From Candidatus Phycocordibacter aenigmaticus (GTDB taxonomy: Bacteria > Patescibacteriota > Minisyncoccia > Phycocordibacterales > Phycocordibacteraceae), in the NCBI GenBank assembly GCA_045401115.1, contig CP174359.1:547247-611246 (forward strand): a stretch of DNA of 64,000 nt. Reading direction: 5' to 3'. Shown here one piece after another: positions 1 through 10,019 of the stretch. Position numbers and translations under genes: made by a program. The notes under the pieces are model-generated. The model was not told the DNA's origin. It did not search any database and saw only the letters and a program-made list of their open reading frames with translations. Position 1 is the first letter of the stretch, and every line of letters begins with the position of its first letter.

Positions 1-18
1 ATGCATCTTAAACACATT

Positions 19-459
19 CTATGCCTTAACCACGTTTACCGTAAACGTGGTTTTTTTGTTTCCACCGGTTACCTCAATAGTGTAATCGCCTATATGTTTT
101 ATAGATTCAAATACTAAGGCGGATTCAGGTAGTGTCACTTTCAGTTCTTTTTCAAGAGCGTTAACAATGTCTTTAGTATGAATTGCTTTAAATAACTTCC
201 CCGCATCATTTGCAGACACTGCCATACTAATTTGTGAACCGGAAACCGCTTCTATATTCTTTAATAGTAACGATTTGTTAAAAGCTTTTTTTTCAGCAAC
301 ACTCCCCTGTTCTTTTTGAAATCGTGCCTTATTTTGCGGCGTTGCGGGTATCGCACTTTTTTGAGGTAAAAGAACGTTTTGCGCGTATCCCGCAGAAACA
401 GAAACAATCTCATGTTTACGTCCAACTTTTTTGATATCTTTCAATAAAATAACCTCCAT
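19..459 (-). CDS. rplI: 50S ribosomal protein L9
   Basis: N-terminal MEVILLKDIKKVGRKHEIVSVSAGYAQNVLLP and C-terminal GKLF...IKHIGDY are typical of bL9. Confidence 0.95.
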   Translation of the reverse strand: MEVILLKDIKKVGRKHEIVSVSAGYAQNVLLPQKSAIPATPQNKARFQKEQGSVAEKKAFNKSLLLKNIEAVSGSQISMAVSANDAGKLFKAIHTKDIVNALEKELKVTLPESALVFESIKHIGDYTIEVTGGNKKTTFTVNVVKA

Positions 460-462
460 ATG

Positions 463-1695
463 CTACTCATTCCCTGAAAGTAAAAACTCAACAGCTCGTT
501 CAAGTTGTGGATCTCGTCCAGCTTCACGGTCCTCAAGTGTCATGGAAACTTCAATATCAGGATCAACTCCACCAGCTGAAATTGAATTACCGTTCGGAGT
601 AAGCCAATGCGCGACGGTAATTTTAATTGATGAATCATCGGTCACATCAAAAACTTGTTGCACGGAACCTTTACCAAATGAGGTTTCCCCAATAATGGTT
701 GCAATGCCATGCTCACGGAGCGCACCAGCAAGAATCTCAGATGCTGAAGCCGATCCTTTGTCGAGTAAAATAACCAATTTTAACTCATCAGTAAAGACAT
801 CGTACCCACGACTACGATGTACATTGTTTCGAGTAGCATCACCATAATCTTCCGTAACAATAACCTTACCTGCCGGTAGGAACCAGCTCGCAATATCTAC
901 TGCAACTTCAAGGAAACCACCTGGATTGCCACGTAAATCTATAATCATCTTATTAGTTCGTGCGTCAGCAAATTCGGCAATCGCATCACGGAAACGCTGT
1001 GGCGCAAATGCATTGAAACTATAGAGCTGTAGTACAAATACACCGTCTTCACGTACCGTAGTGTCAACAGTCGGTAATTGGATAGTGTCACGAATCACTT
1101 CGATCTCTAATGGAGCTGCTACATCATCTCGAACGATAGTAAAGGCTACTGGGGTTCCTTTTTCCCCACGAATTCGCTTTACTGCCTCCTCAATAGTCAT
1201 ATCGGCCGTACTCTCACCATCAATAGCAACAATTTTATCGGCACTTTGAATTCCTGCATTCCATGCTGGAGTTCCTTGAATTGGCGAAACGACCGTCAAC
1301 ACATCATCACGGATACTGATTTCCATACCAACTCCTTCAAAATCGCCCCGGACTGAACTCTCAAAAATTTCCTTTTCTTCAGGAGGAAGGAAAGTAGTAT
1401 GAGGATCACCGTATGACTTCGTAAGCCCTTCTGTTGCACCCCAAACACGTTCTTCTATTGTTGTAGACGCAGTGGTTGTTGCAGCAGGTGTATAGTGTTC
1501 TTCTAAAAGCCGCCACGCACTATACAGTGGTCCAAAATCAACATCTTCAGGTGGTAATGTTGAAACAGTGTTTGCACCAGCGAAAGAGGTGGTTTGTGAA
1601 GCACCGACATATATCCCGAAACCAAACACCACCACAATCAATGCTGCGCCGGCAAGTAAAAAACGAGTTTTTTTCTCTGTGGAGTCTTTTATCAT
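463..1695 (-). CDS. ctpA: S41 family C-terminal processing peptidase (PDZ + peptidase S41)
   Basis: N-terminal TM, DPHT, FEGVG, PDZ segment, IIDLRGNPGG, SASASEI, GETSFGKGSVQ. Confidence 0.93.
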   Translation of the reverse strand: MIKDSTEKKTRFLLAGAALIVVVFGFGIYVGASQTTSFAGANTVSTLPPEDVDFGPLYSAWRLLEEHYTPAATTTASTTIEERVWGATEGLTKSYGDPHTTFLPPEEKEIFESSVRGDFEGVGMEISIRDDVLTVVSPIQGTPAWNAGIQSADKIVAIDGESTADMTIEEAVKRIRGEKGTPVAFTIVRDDVAAPLEIEVIRDTIQLPTVDTTVREDGVFVLQLYSFNAFAPQRFRDAIAEFADARTNKMIIDLRGNPGGFLEVAVDIASWFLPAGKVIVTEDYGDATRNNVHRSRGYDVFTDELKLVILLDKGSASASEILAGALREHGIATIIGETSFGKGSVQQVFDVTDDSSIKITVAHWLTPNGNSISAGGVDPDIEVSMTLEDREAGRDPQLERAVEFLLSGNE

Positions 1696-1816
1696 TTACC
1701 ATATTGTGCCATAGAAAAAGAGACACTGCATGCTTTATTGTAAACCTTATCCCTACCCACATAATATAGCTTGGCACTACTGTAGGTAAAAATCTTCTAA
1801 GGTATACTGAAACTAA

Positions 1817-2731
1817 ATGATAAACCGATACCAATATAATGAACTCGTTTGGATTGATATTGAAAGTCCAACCGCAGGAGATATTGAAGAAATTGCTAAC
1901 GAGTTTGACCTTGGGCCACTTCTTATCGAAGAATTACTCACTCCTACAGCAAAACCACGTACCGATATGTATCCAGACTTTGTATACACGGTTTTGCATT
2001 TCCCAGCCATGCGCTATACACACGGCCTTGAGACTGATCATGAAATTGACATCATCCTTGGGTCGAAATTTATGATTACCGCACATTACTCAACAGCAAG
2101 TGCTACGTATGACCTTGCACGGACATTTGAAGCAACCACACTCTTGCACCGGACATCAAAGAAAATAAACGTTGGACATATTTTTCTTGAACTTGCACAA
2201 CGTCTCTATCAGGCAGCAGATAACGAACTTGATGCCCTTGAGGGAGTAACTGCAGATATTGAAGATAATATTTTTGACGGCAAAGAACGAGAAATGGTCA
2301 CCGCCATCTCATATACCCATCGAGAGCTTCTTACTCATAAACGCCTTATCAGCACGCACCATGACAGTCTCCAAGTGCTTGAAAAAGCTACCCGTACCCT
2401 CTTTGGTGAGACCTATGCACATCAAATACGTGCTGCTGTAGCATTGCATTATCGAGTATATAATCGCGTACTGACTATGCACGACATTCTCAATGAACTT
2501 CGTGAGACAAATATGGCGCTTCTTTATACAAGACAGAATGAGATTATGAAAAATCTCACGATTATTGCATTTATTACCTTTCCGCTTACTCTCCTCGCGG
2601 CTGTCTTTGGTATGAACACAGTCGGTACTCCTCTTGTTGACCACCCACAAGGGTTCTGGATCATCGTCACCGGTATGGCGATACTCACATTTCTCTTCTT
2701 TGCATACTTTAAAGCCAAAAAATGGTTCTAA
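1817..2731 (+). CDS. corA: CorA family Mg2+/divalent cation transporter
   Basis: QNEIMKNLT...PLTLLAAVFGMN (GMN motif), two C-terminal TM helices, ends KAKKWF. Confidence 0.9.
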   Translation: MINRYQYNELVWIDIESPTAGDIEEIANEFDLGPLLIEELLTPTAKPRTDMYPDFVYTVLHFPAMRYTHGLETDHEIDIILGSKFMITAHYSTASATYDLARTFEATTLLHRTSKKINVGHIFLELAQRLYQAADNELDALEGVTADIEDNIFDGKEREMVTAISYTHRELLTHKRLISTHHDSLQVLEKATRTLFGETYAHQIRAAVALHYRVYNRVLTMHDILNELRETNMALLYTRQNEIMKNLTIIAFITFPLTLLAAVFGMNTVGTPLVDHPQGFWIIVTGMAILTFLFFAYFKAKKWF

Positions 2732-2859
2732 ACGAACAAAAATAGTAAAAACATTGAGATAGTATCGTATTAAGAACAGGGGAAAACAGGTGGAAAAGTT
2801 GTTGTAAAAACGGCTTTTAGAGATGAGTAAAAAAGAGACTAAAGTGCTAAAATGCTGCT

Positions 2860-4251
2860 ATGACAGGTAAATCTATTTCGAGTCGCGTACCACCACAAAA
2901 CCTTGACGCAGAACGTGCCTTACTTGGTTCGATCATGCTCAAGTCTGATTCAATTCATGATGCGACCGAAACTATTACACCGGAATCTTTTTATGTAGAA
3001 AAACATCGGGCAATTTTCCGTGCCATGCTCGACTTAATGAATGGAGGAAACCCTATTGACCTCCTTTCAATAGCAAACCGCCTTAAAGAAACAAACGATC
3101 TTGACCGTGTAGGTGGAAACGCATATTTAGCTGATCTTGTTGGCACCGTACCATCTTCAGCTAACCTTAAATATTATGCGGAGATTGTACAAAAAAAGGC
3201 GCTCATGCGTAACCTGATAGACGCAGCTACTGAGGTTATCGAGCTTGGGTACGATGAATCACAAGGAATTGAAGACTTACTTGATACCGCCGATAAACGT
3301 ATGGGTGAGGTTACCTCATCCCCTACTATGCGTAAATTCGTCCCCATGAAAGACATGTTGGGAAATGCGTGGGAACGTATTGAAAAGCTTCACAGCTCAG
3401 ACGGTGGAATGCGTGGTGTCCCCAGCGGTTTCCCATCTCTTGATACCCTCCTTGCTGGTTTTCAGCCCTCTGACCTGATTATTCTCGCTGCCCGCCCTTC
3501 TATGGGTAAAACTGCCTTTGCGCTTGATATCGCGCGCCAGAGCGCCGTTAAACACGGAACTCCTGTAGGTATATTCTCTCTTGAAATGAGCTCAGAACAG
3601 TTAGTTGACCGTATGCTTTCTGCTGAGGCACGAGTTAATGCATGGAAACTTCGTACAGGGAAAATTGACTCCGATGAAGAATTCCAAAAAGTGCGTGATG
3701 CTATGGAGACGCTTTCAAAAGCTCCTATTTTTATTGATGATCAACCAGCAACGAATGCCGTCGTTATGCGCTCAGTAGCGCGTCGACTTAAACGTGAACA
3801 TGGTATTGGTCTTTTGATTGTTGATTACCTCCAGCTTATGACACCGACTTCAACACGAGCCTCTGATTCATTAGTTCAGCAAGTGACTGAACTTTCCCGT
3901 TCGCTTAAAACCCTTGCTCGTGAGCTCGAAGTTCCTGTTATTGCGCTCTCACAGCTTTCACGTGCTGTTGAACAACGTCGCGGCAAACCACGCCTCTCTG
4001 ACCTTCGTGATTCGGGTTCTATTGAGCAAGATGCCGACGTAGTAATGTTTATTCATCGAGAAGACAAAATGAGCGATGACCAAAACCGAGAAAACGATAA
4101 CATTGCTGAAATTATGGTTGAAAAACATCGTAATGGTCCTGTAGGGAAAGTTGATCTTTACTTTGATGAAAGACGGGCAACCTTCCTCTCACTTGAAAAG
4201 AGTGATTTTGGATCCTCTCCTGCCCCAACAGAACACGCAACCGACTTTTAG
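2860..4251 (+). CDS. dnaB: Replicative DNA helicase
   Basis: PPQNLDAE, AARPSMGKT, FSLEMS, IVDYLQL, LSQLSR, DLRDSGSIEQDAD, KHRNGP. Confidence 0.98.
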   Translation: MTGKSISSRVPPQNLDAERALLGSIMLKSDSIHDATETITPESFYVEKHRAIFRAMLDLMNGGNPIDLLSIANRLKETNDLDRVGGNAYLADLVGTVPSSANLKYYAEIVQKKALMRNLIDAATEVIELGYDESQGIEDLLDTADKRMGEVTSSPTMRKFVPMKDMLGNAWERIEKLHSSDGGMRGVPSGFPSLDTLLAGFQPSDLIILAARPSMGKTAFALDIARQSAVKHGTPVGIFSLEMSSEQLVDRMLSAEARVNAWKLRTGKIDSDEEFQKVRDAMETLSKAPIFIDDQPATNAVVMRSVARRLKREHGIGLLIVDYLQLMTPTSTRASDSLVQQVTELSRSLKTLARELEVPVIALSQLSRAVEQRRGKPRLSDLRDSGSIEQDADVVMFIHREDKMSDDQNRENDNIAEIMVEKHRNGPVGKVDLYFDERRATFLSLEKSDFGSSPAPTEHATDF

Positions 4252-4253
4252 TT

Positions 4254-4856
4254 ATGTCACACCCTATTGATGAAATTACTGAGCTCATAGCACGTATGCC
4301 GGGTATTGGTCCCCGACAAGCACGACGTATTGTGCAATTTTTATTACGTTCTGATGCTTCCTATAAACAGAAATTGACCAGTGCTATTTCTCGTATTGCT
4401 GACCACATTTCACAATGTAAGCAGTGTTTTCGCTTTGATGAAGTAGACACTGATCAAGTGTGTACACTCTGTGCTGATACTCAACGAGACCCAACTCTTC
4501 TTATGGTAGTAGAGAAAGATGTCGACATTGAAAGTATTGAACAAGCAGGCATCTACAATGGTTACTATTTTGTGCTTGGCAGTCTTATTCCTCTAGCAAA
4601 GCAACGAAAAAATATTATTGAACCACGCACACATCTTCTCGAAAAACGTCTTGGGAATTCTCAGATAAATGAAGTTATTCTTGCTTTTGCAACTACCCCT
4701 GAGGGAGATTTTACTGCACGTGAATTAAGTACCTTACTCAAAGAAAGGACCCCGCACATACATACCTCTATGCTTGGTCGCGGCCTCTCACTTGGCGCAG
4801 AGATTGAGTACGCCGACCAAGATACACTCCGCAACGCTTTTGATGGTAGACATTAA
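4254..4856 (+). CDS. recR: Recombination protein RecR
   Basis: HhH MPGIGPRQARR, C4 zinc finger CKQC...CTLC, TOPRIM VVE, EIEYAD. Confidence 0.95.
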   Translation: MSHPIDEITELIARMPGIGPRQARRIVQFLLRSDASYKQKLTSAISRIADHISQCKQCFRFDEVDTDQVCTLCADTQRDPTLLMVVEKDVDIESIEQAGIYNGYYFVLGSLIPLAKQRKNIIEPRTHLLEKRLGNSQINEVILAFATTPEGDFTARELSTLLKERTPHIHTSMLGRGLSLGAEIEYADQDTLRNAFDGRH

Positions 4857-4882
4857 AAAAACGCCCTAATGGGCGTTTTTTT
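4855..4882. terminator. Bidirectional intrinsic terminator between recR and rplU
   Basis: AAAAAAACGCCC-TAAT-GGGCGTTTTTTT between convergent genes. Confidence 0.85.
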
Positions 4883-4893
4883 AATTACTATTT

Positions 4894-5208
4894 TTATACT
4901 GAAGTAATCTTCACTTTTGTAAATGGCTGGCGGTGACCTTTTAACTTAGTACGGTTACTCTTTGGTTTATAGCGAAAGACAATTTTCTTTGGAGCTTTGC
5001 CAGCACCAATTACTTCACCTTCTACTTTAGCGCCTGAAACCGTTGGAGTTCCAATCTCAGTCTTCGTACCATCATCGGTCATCAATACTTCATCAAAAAC
5101 AACCTTATCACCTTTTTGAGGATCTCCAGGAAGTTTCTCTATCGTCAAAAGCGCGTCTTCGTGCGCGATGTACTGCTTCCCGCCTGTTTTAATAACTGCG
5201 ATTTTCAT
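4894..5208 (-). CDS. rplU: 50S ribosomal protein L21
   Basis: AVIKTGGKQY ... GHRQPFT. Confidence 0.97.
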   Translation of the reverse strand: MKIAVIKTGGKQYIAHEDALLTIEKLPGDPQKGDKVVFDEVLMTDDGTKTEIGTPTVSGAKVEGEVIGAGKAPKKIVFRYKPKSNRTKLKGHRQPFTKVKITSV

Positions 5209-5229
5209 ATGTATATAATTCTATTCTGC

Positions 5230-5343
5230 TTATTCATCGTCTACCGGACCTTCTGGTTCCGGAACACTAAAAGGGTTCCAATTACGAGGATCTGGCTCGC
5301 TTTGAGGCTGGTCAGCTGGTGTTGGTGCTTGTTCTCTACTCAT
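5230..5343 (-). CDS. Putative 37-aa acidic Pro-rich small protein
   Basis: ATG at 5343 preceded by TATTAT -10-like box; MSREQAPTPADQPQSEPDPRNWNPFSVPEPEGPVDDE; fills the rmuC-rplU gap. Confidence 0.4.
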   Translation of the reverse strand: MSREQAPTPADQPQSEPDPRNWNPFSVPEPEGPVDDE

Positions 5344-5389
5344 GGCAGGAATAATACCCGAAAAGCGTGTTTTTAGCAACCCTAAAATA

Positions 5390-6454
5390 CTATTCTCGGT
5401 CCGGCTTTTCAAGCAATTCTGGGCTGATACCTGGTGATGTTTCAGTAATACGCAACACGTCTTTATCGATTTTGCCTAGTTCTTTATATGCTGCATTATA
5501 GTGATTGACAGTAGTGCCTAACGTATTGCCTAATTTTTGCATAAATCCTTCATACGTTTGAAGATGTTTACCCAACTCCCCCACTCGCTTCTGAATTTCT
5601 TCAGCTTTCTTTTCAATGCTGAGCGCCTTAAGGCCTTGTAGCACCGTCTGTAAATATGCCAAGAAGCTTGTGGGTGAGACAATAATTACTTTATATTTAC
5701 TCGAAGCACGTTGAATAAGATTCTCCTCCTCTTGAGCACCCACTTGGTTAGTAAGCAAATCATAATAGATACCTTCTGATGGAATAAACATAAATGCAAA
5801 ATCCATTGTCCCAAGTTCCGGACGAATATACTTTGCCGTTTCTTGAATGCGCATTTTAAGATCATTCACAAAAAGCTTTTCCAATGCTGGTTTTTCTTCA
5901 GGTGCTGCTTGTACTAAACGGTTATAGTTTTCAAGAGAAAACTTTGAATCAACTGGTACTATTTGTTCATTAATAAACACGACGGCGTCAGGAACCAATT
6001 CTTTCCCATCATCATCCTGTCCCAGGCGGTATTGTGTCTGATACATATTAGGTGGTAACACATTCTTCAGTACTGTTTCTAAGTAGTACTCACCGAGTAC
6101 ACCACGTTGTTTTGGATTCTTAAGAATGTCCTGGAGACCTTTTAATTGCTCGGCAAATGATTGTGTTTGAAGACCAATTTCTTTTACACTCGTTACTTCT
6201 TGGGTAATTTCCTTAATGAGACGAGATGACTCTGTAAATTGCCGATGGGCATTCTCTTGCATCGTCTTTGCAGATTCTGATACACGCGCGTCTATTGTTT
6301 TAGTAAGTTCATGCATTTGTTGTTGTAAAAGCGAGAGTCCTTCACTGGGTGTATCATTCTTTTTACTCAAACGAGAAAGAACAAACCATAAAAGTCCACC
6401 GTTGAAAACAACAAGTAACACAATGACAACTACTAAAACTGCTATTGAACTCAT
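5390..6454 (-). CDS. rmuC: DNA recombination protein RmuC
   Basis: N-terminal TM, coiled coil, NPKQRGVLGE, PDAVV, VDSKF, AFMFIPSEGIY, IVSPT. Confidence 0.93.
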   Translation of the reverse strand: MSSIAVLVVVIVLLVVFNGGLLWFVLSRLSKKNDTPSEGLSLLQQQMHELTKTIDARVSESAKTMQENAHRQFTESSRLIKEITQEVTSVKEIGLQTQSFAEQLKGLQDILKNPKQRGVLGEYYLETVLKNVLPPNMYQTQYRLGQDDDGKELVPDAVVFINEQIVPVDSKFSLENYNRLVQAAPEEKPALEKLFVNDLKMRIQETAKYIRPELGTMDFAFMFIPSEGIYYDLLTNQVGAQEEENLIQRASSKYKVIIVSPTSFLAYLQTVLQGLKALSIEKKAEEIQKRVGELGKHLQTYEGFMQKLGNTLGTTVNHYNAAYKELGKIDKDVLRITETSPGISPELLEKPDRE

Positions 6455-9138
6455 GCTGTTATCTTACCATTTTTACGAAACGCAACGACCTTAGCGAACT
6501 CAATAGTAATAATATTTGCAATTGCCACACCAATAAGAACTATTATATCGAATGGATTTGGCATAGTGAGTGAAAGCAATGAGCGCAACGGTTCAACAAC
6601 AAGGGAGGCAACAATGCCGAGTGTCGCCACAGCTAAGGCAAACAGGAGATAATGGTTGGTGAATGGATTAATTTCCCAAATTGGTCGATGAAGATTTTTC
6701 AACGATATACCAAAGAATATTGCATCAAGCGAAAGGACTACAAACATGATAGTGCGTACCTCTTCGATTGGAATACCGCGGTTGAGCAGCCACACAAACA
6801 AAGCAATACTAAACAACCCTGAAATAGTACCTGCGATAATAATCAATTTTTTGACTGCCGGAGTTAGTGCCGTTTGTGCGCGAACTTCGTGTGGGCTACG
6901 TTGCATGGCATTTTTTTCATGCGGTTCAAACGCATACCCAAATGTCAGTAAACCTTCTTCAAAGATATTGACCCACAGAATTTGCACCGGAAGCAACGGA
7001 AGGGGCAACCCCGTGATCAATGCCGCACTAATAAGAAATACTTCGTGAAAACTAGTACTAATAAGGTGTGTGATGGCTTTCTTAATATTATCGAGAATGC
7101 GTCGCCCTTCACGTATCGCAGCAACAATGATGCTAAAACTGTCATCTAATAAAATTAAGTCAGATGCTTCACGGGCAACTTCGGTGCCACTACCAACAGC
7201 AATACCGATTTGCGCGCTCTGAAGTGCCGGCGCGTCATTCACACCATCACCCGTCATTGCCACTACCTCGTCATGCGCTTGAAGTACACGTACGAGACGT
7301 TGTTTTTGTTTTGGTAACACCCGTGCAAATACTGGAATAGTGCGTAATGCAGTATAGAGCTCTTCATCGGTCATAGTGTCAATATCAGAGCCCATCACAT
7401 ACCTAGAGCCGACATCAGCAATACCTACCTGTTGAGCTACATTGAGTGCTGTTTCTGGTTTATCGCCCGTTACCATAACCACCCGCACACCGGCACCGTG
7501 AACCTCGGTAATCGCTGCGGGAACCTCTGCTCGTATCGGATCGGCAAAAGCGATAAAACCAATAAACACGGTATCTTGCAACAGCGCTTTTTCATTATCG
7601 CGATCAATCACCTCTCCTTTGTATGGAGTATATGCCACACCGACAATGCGCTTTCCTGCCGTAGCGAGCACCTGTAACTCCTCTCGCAGCGCTTCACGTC
7701 GCTCATTTGAGAGCGCCTCAGGACCCTCCGACCCCTGTATGCGACTCGCCCCCTCTAACACCACCTCTGGTGCGCCTGAAATATAAAGATGTGCCACTTC
7801 ATCTTCATCGGCATATAACGCCGCAGCAAACTGTCTATCGGAATTGAACTTCAGTGTATCAATTTTCTGTTGTCCCGGTGTAAGCATCTTTTCAGTGAGT
7901 CCATTTTTTCGGGCAGCCGTAAGTATTGCCCGCTCAAGCGGATCACCGCCATATACCTCGTTAGTGTCGTTAATATAGTACGACTCTGAAACATACATAG
8001 CGGCAGTAAGCAGCCTCTCTTGTGTTGAAGAAAGTTCTCCTGGGATATATACTCCCTTGTCTTCGTGCGTTATAAGACCCGCAACACTCATACTTGCCTG
8101 CGTCAGAGTACCCGTCTTATCGGTAATAATAATGGTAGTTGATCCAAGTGTTTCGGCAGCAAGTAAATTACGTACTAACCCTTTCTTCTTTAATATCTCC
8201 TCCATCCCCACTGCGAGAATAACAGTCACCGCAGCTGGAAGACCTTCGGGAACCAATGAGACGGCGAGCGCAATAGCGAGGATGATGATCTCTGAAAATG
8301 GCATACCACGAAGGAAGCCAAGTACGATAAGACCAGTGATTACAATAACCACCATAATACTCAAAAAATGCGCCAGACGACTTACACTCTTTTCAATAGG
8401 TGTTTCAGCTGCCTTGTAGTTGTTTAAGCTTTCAGCAATAGTGCCAATCTCCGCATCCTCTCCTGTTTTGATTACCACCCCTTGCGCTGATCCTGTTAAT
8501 ACAGGCGATCCGGAAAAGAGTATATTCGTTCGCTCATAGATCATTGCTTCATGAGAAAGGGTCCCGGATGTTTTATGTACTGAACTAGATTCTCCAGTTA
8601 AATGCGCCTCAGATACACTGAGATCGCGCTCACTAATAAGATATGCGTCAGCAGGTATGATTCCCCCAGCCTCAACAAAAAATATATCACCCGGTACCAA
8701 GTTCCGCGCTGAAACAACGGCTCGCTCCCCGTCACGTAATACGGTAACTTCATGTTCTTCTGAGGTAAGGAGTGCAAGGAATGAACGTTGTGCACGATAT
8801 TCCTGTACAAAGCCAATAATCACATTTACCAACAACGCCAACATAATCACTATCGCATCAACCTTTTCACCTAAATAGAGCGCACCAAGTCCGGCAAGAA
8901 TTAAAATCACCACCAAAGGACTTTTAAATTGCAGCAAAAAAGTTTTTATAGGAGAAGAACTTTGTTTCTCTTCGAGTGTGTTATAGCCGCATTCTTTGTG
9001 GCGTTTTTCTACTTCATCAAAAGAAAGGCCGGATGATTCTGATGTAGCAAGCTGTTCAAGAACCACTTCTTTAGAAAGCGTATGCCAAGAATCTTTTTTT
9101 TCAGAAAGGAAATCTTTCTTAGCGGTATTATTTTTCAT
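6451..9138 (-). CDS. Cation-transporting P-type ATPase (P2A/Ca2+-like)
   Basis: LTGES, PEGL, DKTGTLT, MVTGD, TGDGVNDAPAL. Confidence 0.95.
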   Translation of the reverse strand: MKNNTAKKDFLSEKKDSWHTLSKEVVLEQLATSESSGLSFDEVEKRHKECGYNTLEEKQSSSPIKTFLLQFKSPLVVILILAGLGALYLGEKVDAIVIMLALLVNVIIGFVQEYRAQRSFLALLTSEEHEVTVLRDGERAVVSARNLVPGDIFFVEAGGIIPADAYLISERDLSVSEAHLTGESSSVHKTSGTLSHEAMIYERTNILFSGSPVLTGSAQGVVIKTGEDAEIGTIAESLNNYKAAETPIEKSVSRLAHFLSIMVVIVITGLIVLGFLRGMPFSEIIILAIALAVSLVPEGLPAAVTVILAVGMEEILKKKGLVRNLLAAETLGSTTIIITDKTGTLTQASMSVAGLITHEDKGVYIPGELSSTQERLLTAAMYVSESYYINDTNEVYGGDPLERAILTAARKNGLTEKMLTPGQQKIDTLKFNSDRQFAAALYADEDEVAHLYISGAPEVVLEGASRIQGSEGPEALSNERREALREELQVLATAGKRIVGVAYTPYKGEVIDRDNEKALLQDTVFIGFIAFADPIRAEVPAAITEVHGAGVRVVMVTGDKPETALNVAQQVGIADVGSRYVMGSDIDTMTDEELYTALRTIPVFARVLPKQKQRLVRVLQAHDEVVAMTGDGVNDAPALQSAQIGIAVGSGTEVAREASDLILLDDSFSIIVAAIREGRRILDNIKKAITHLISTSFHEVFLISAALITGLPLPLLPVQILWVNIFEEGLLTFGYAFEPHEKNAMQRSPHEVRAQTALTPAVKKLIIIAGTISGLFSIALFVWLLNRGIPIEEVRTIMFVVLSLDAIFFGISLKNLHRPIWEINPFTNHYLLFALAVATLGIVASLVVEPLRSLLSLTMPNPFDIIVLIGVAIANIITIEFAKVVAFRKNGKITA

Positions 9139-9250
9139 AGTAAATAGATATATCTAAAAATTCTTTTGATGGTTATTAATATGGTTATTTTTTACATCAC
9201 ACATGTTCACCCACTCTTACTATACCGCGCTCAATGCTATACTTATCCCT

Positions 9251-9700
9251 ATGATACAAAATGATGTGAAAGAAGCAGCTACCGCCGCTATGCGAGCGCG
9301 AGACCAGCAAACACTCACCACGCTTCGTGGCCTTTCGGCGGCATTTACTAATGAGTTGGTCACTCAACACAGGAAACCTGACGAAGCACTTTCAGACGAA
9401 GACGCTATTACTATTATTCGTCGCGAAGTAAAAAAACGCAAAGAAGCCGCTGAAGCGTTTGAAAATGCCGGTCGCACTGAGTCTGCAGAAAAAGAGCGTG
9501 CCGAACAAGCTATTCTTGAAACGTACCTCCCTGCTCAGATGAGCGAAGAAGATATTGCTGTTGTGGTAAAGAAAAAACAAGAAGAGCTTGGTATTACCGA
9601 TAAAAAAGATATGGGTCGTCTTATGGGAGCAATTATGCAAGAACTTAAAGGAAAAGCTGATGGCGATCTCGTTAAAAAGGTGGTAGAAAGTGTTCTATAG
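9251..9700 (+). CDS. GatB/YqeY domain protein
   Basis: AMRARD, KKRKEAAEAF, YLPAQMSEE, KDMGRLMG, GKADG; ATG 9251 follows TATACT. Confidence 0.92.
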   Translation: MIQNDVKEAATAAMRARDQQTLTTLRGLSAAFTNELVTQHRKPDEALSDEDAITIIRREVKKRKEAAEAFENAGRTESAEKERAEQAILETYLPAQMSEEDIAVVVKKKQEELGITDKKDMGRLMGAIMQELKGKADGDLVKKVVESVL

Positions 9701-9716
9701 TAACAAATACAGCATC

Positions 9717-9744
9717 TTGACAAGATATATATAAATGGTATATT
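9717..9744 (+). promoter_or_regulatory. sigma70-type promoter for the Cys-rich small ORF
   Basis: TTGACA (9717-9722), 16 nt spacer, TATATT (9739-9744) with extended TG. Confidence 0.6.
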
Positions 9745-9753
9745 ACCACTTAT

Positions 9754-9954
9754 ATGGAAGGAAAAAATCTTGAATTTGATTTTCAAAATACAACTTTTCA
9801 GTCTCAACGACGCCGAATAAAACCCGGTATAGATACTGAACCACCAATGACAAGACAAGAAAATCCTGATGAATGTCCAAACTGTGGGTGTATTTGTCCT
9901 GGCTGTAACTGTAAACATTACTGCCCTAAATGTTTTTGCAATCACGAAAACTAA
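9754..9954 (+). CDS. 66-aa Cys-rich small protein with three CPxCxC repeats (metallothionein-like?)
   Basis: C-terminus ECPNCGCICPGCNCKHYCPKCFCNHEN (9 Cys); own promoter upstream and terminator downstream. Confidence 0.6.
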   Translation: MEGKNLEFDFQNTTFQSQRRRIKPGIDTEPPMTRQENPDECPNCGCICPGCNCKHYCPKCFCNHEN

Positions 9955-9965
9955 TATCTCTAGTT

Positions 9966-10001
9966 ATAAAAAATGGCTCACCTTAGTGAGCCATTTTTTA
10001 T
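9966..10001. terminator. Bidirectional intrinsic terminator
   Basis: ATAAAAAATGGCTCAC-CTTA-GTGAGCCATTTTTTAT. Confidence 0.85.
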
Positions 10002-10019
10002 GTAGCTGATTTTTATTTG

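Noticed and set aside
2779-2800. DnaA boxes or replication origin upstream of dnaB
   Set aside because: GGGGAAAAC/GGTGGAAAA are two or more mismatches from consensus and there is no box cluster or dnaA gene
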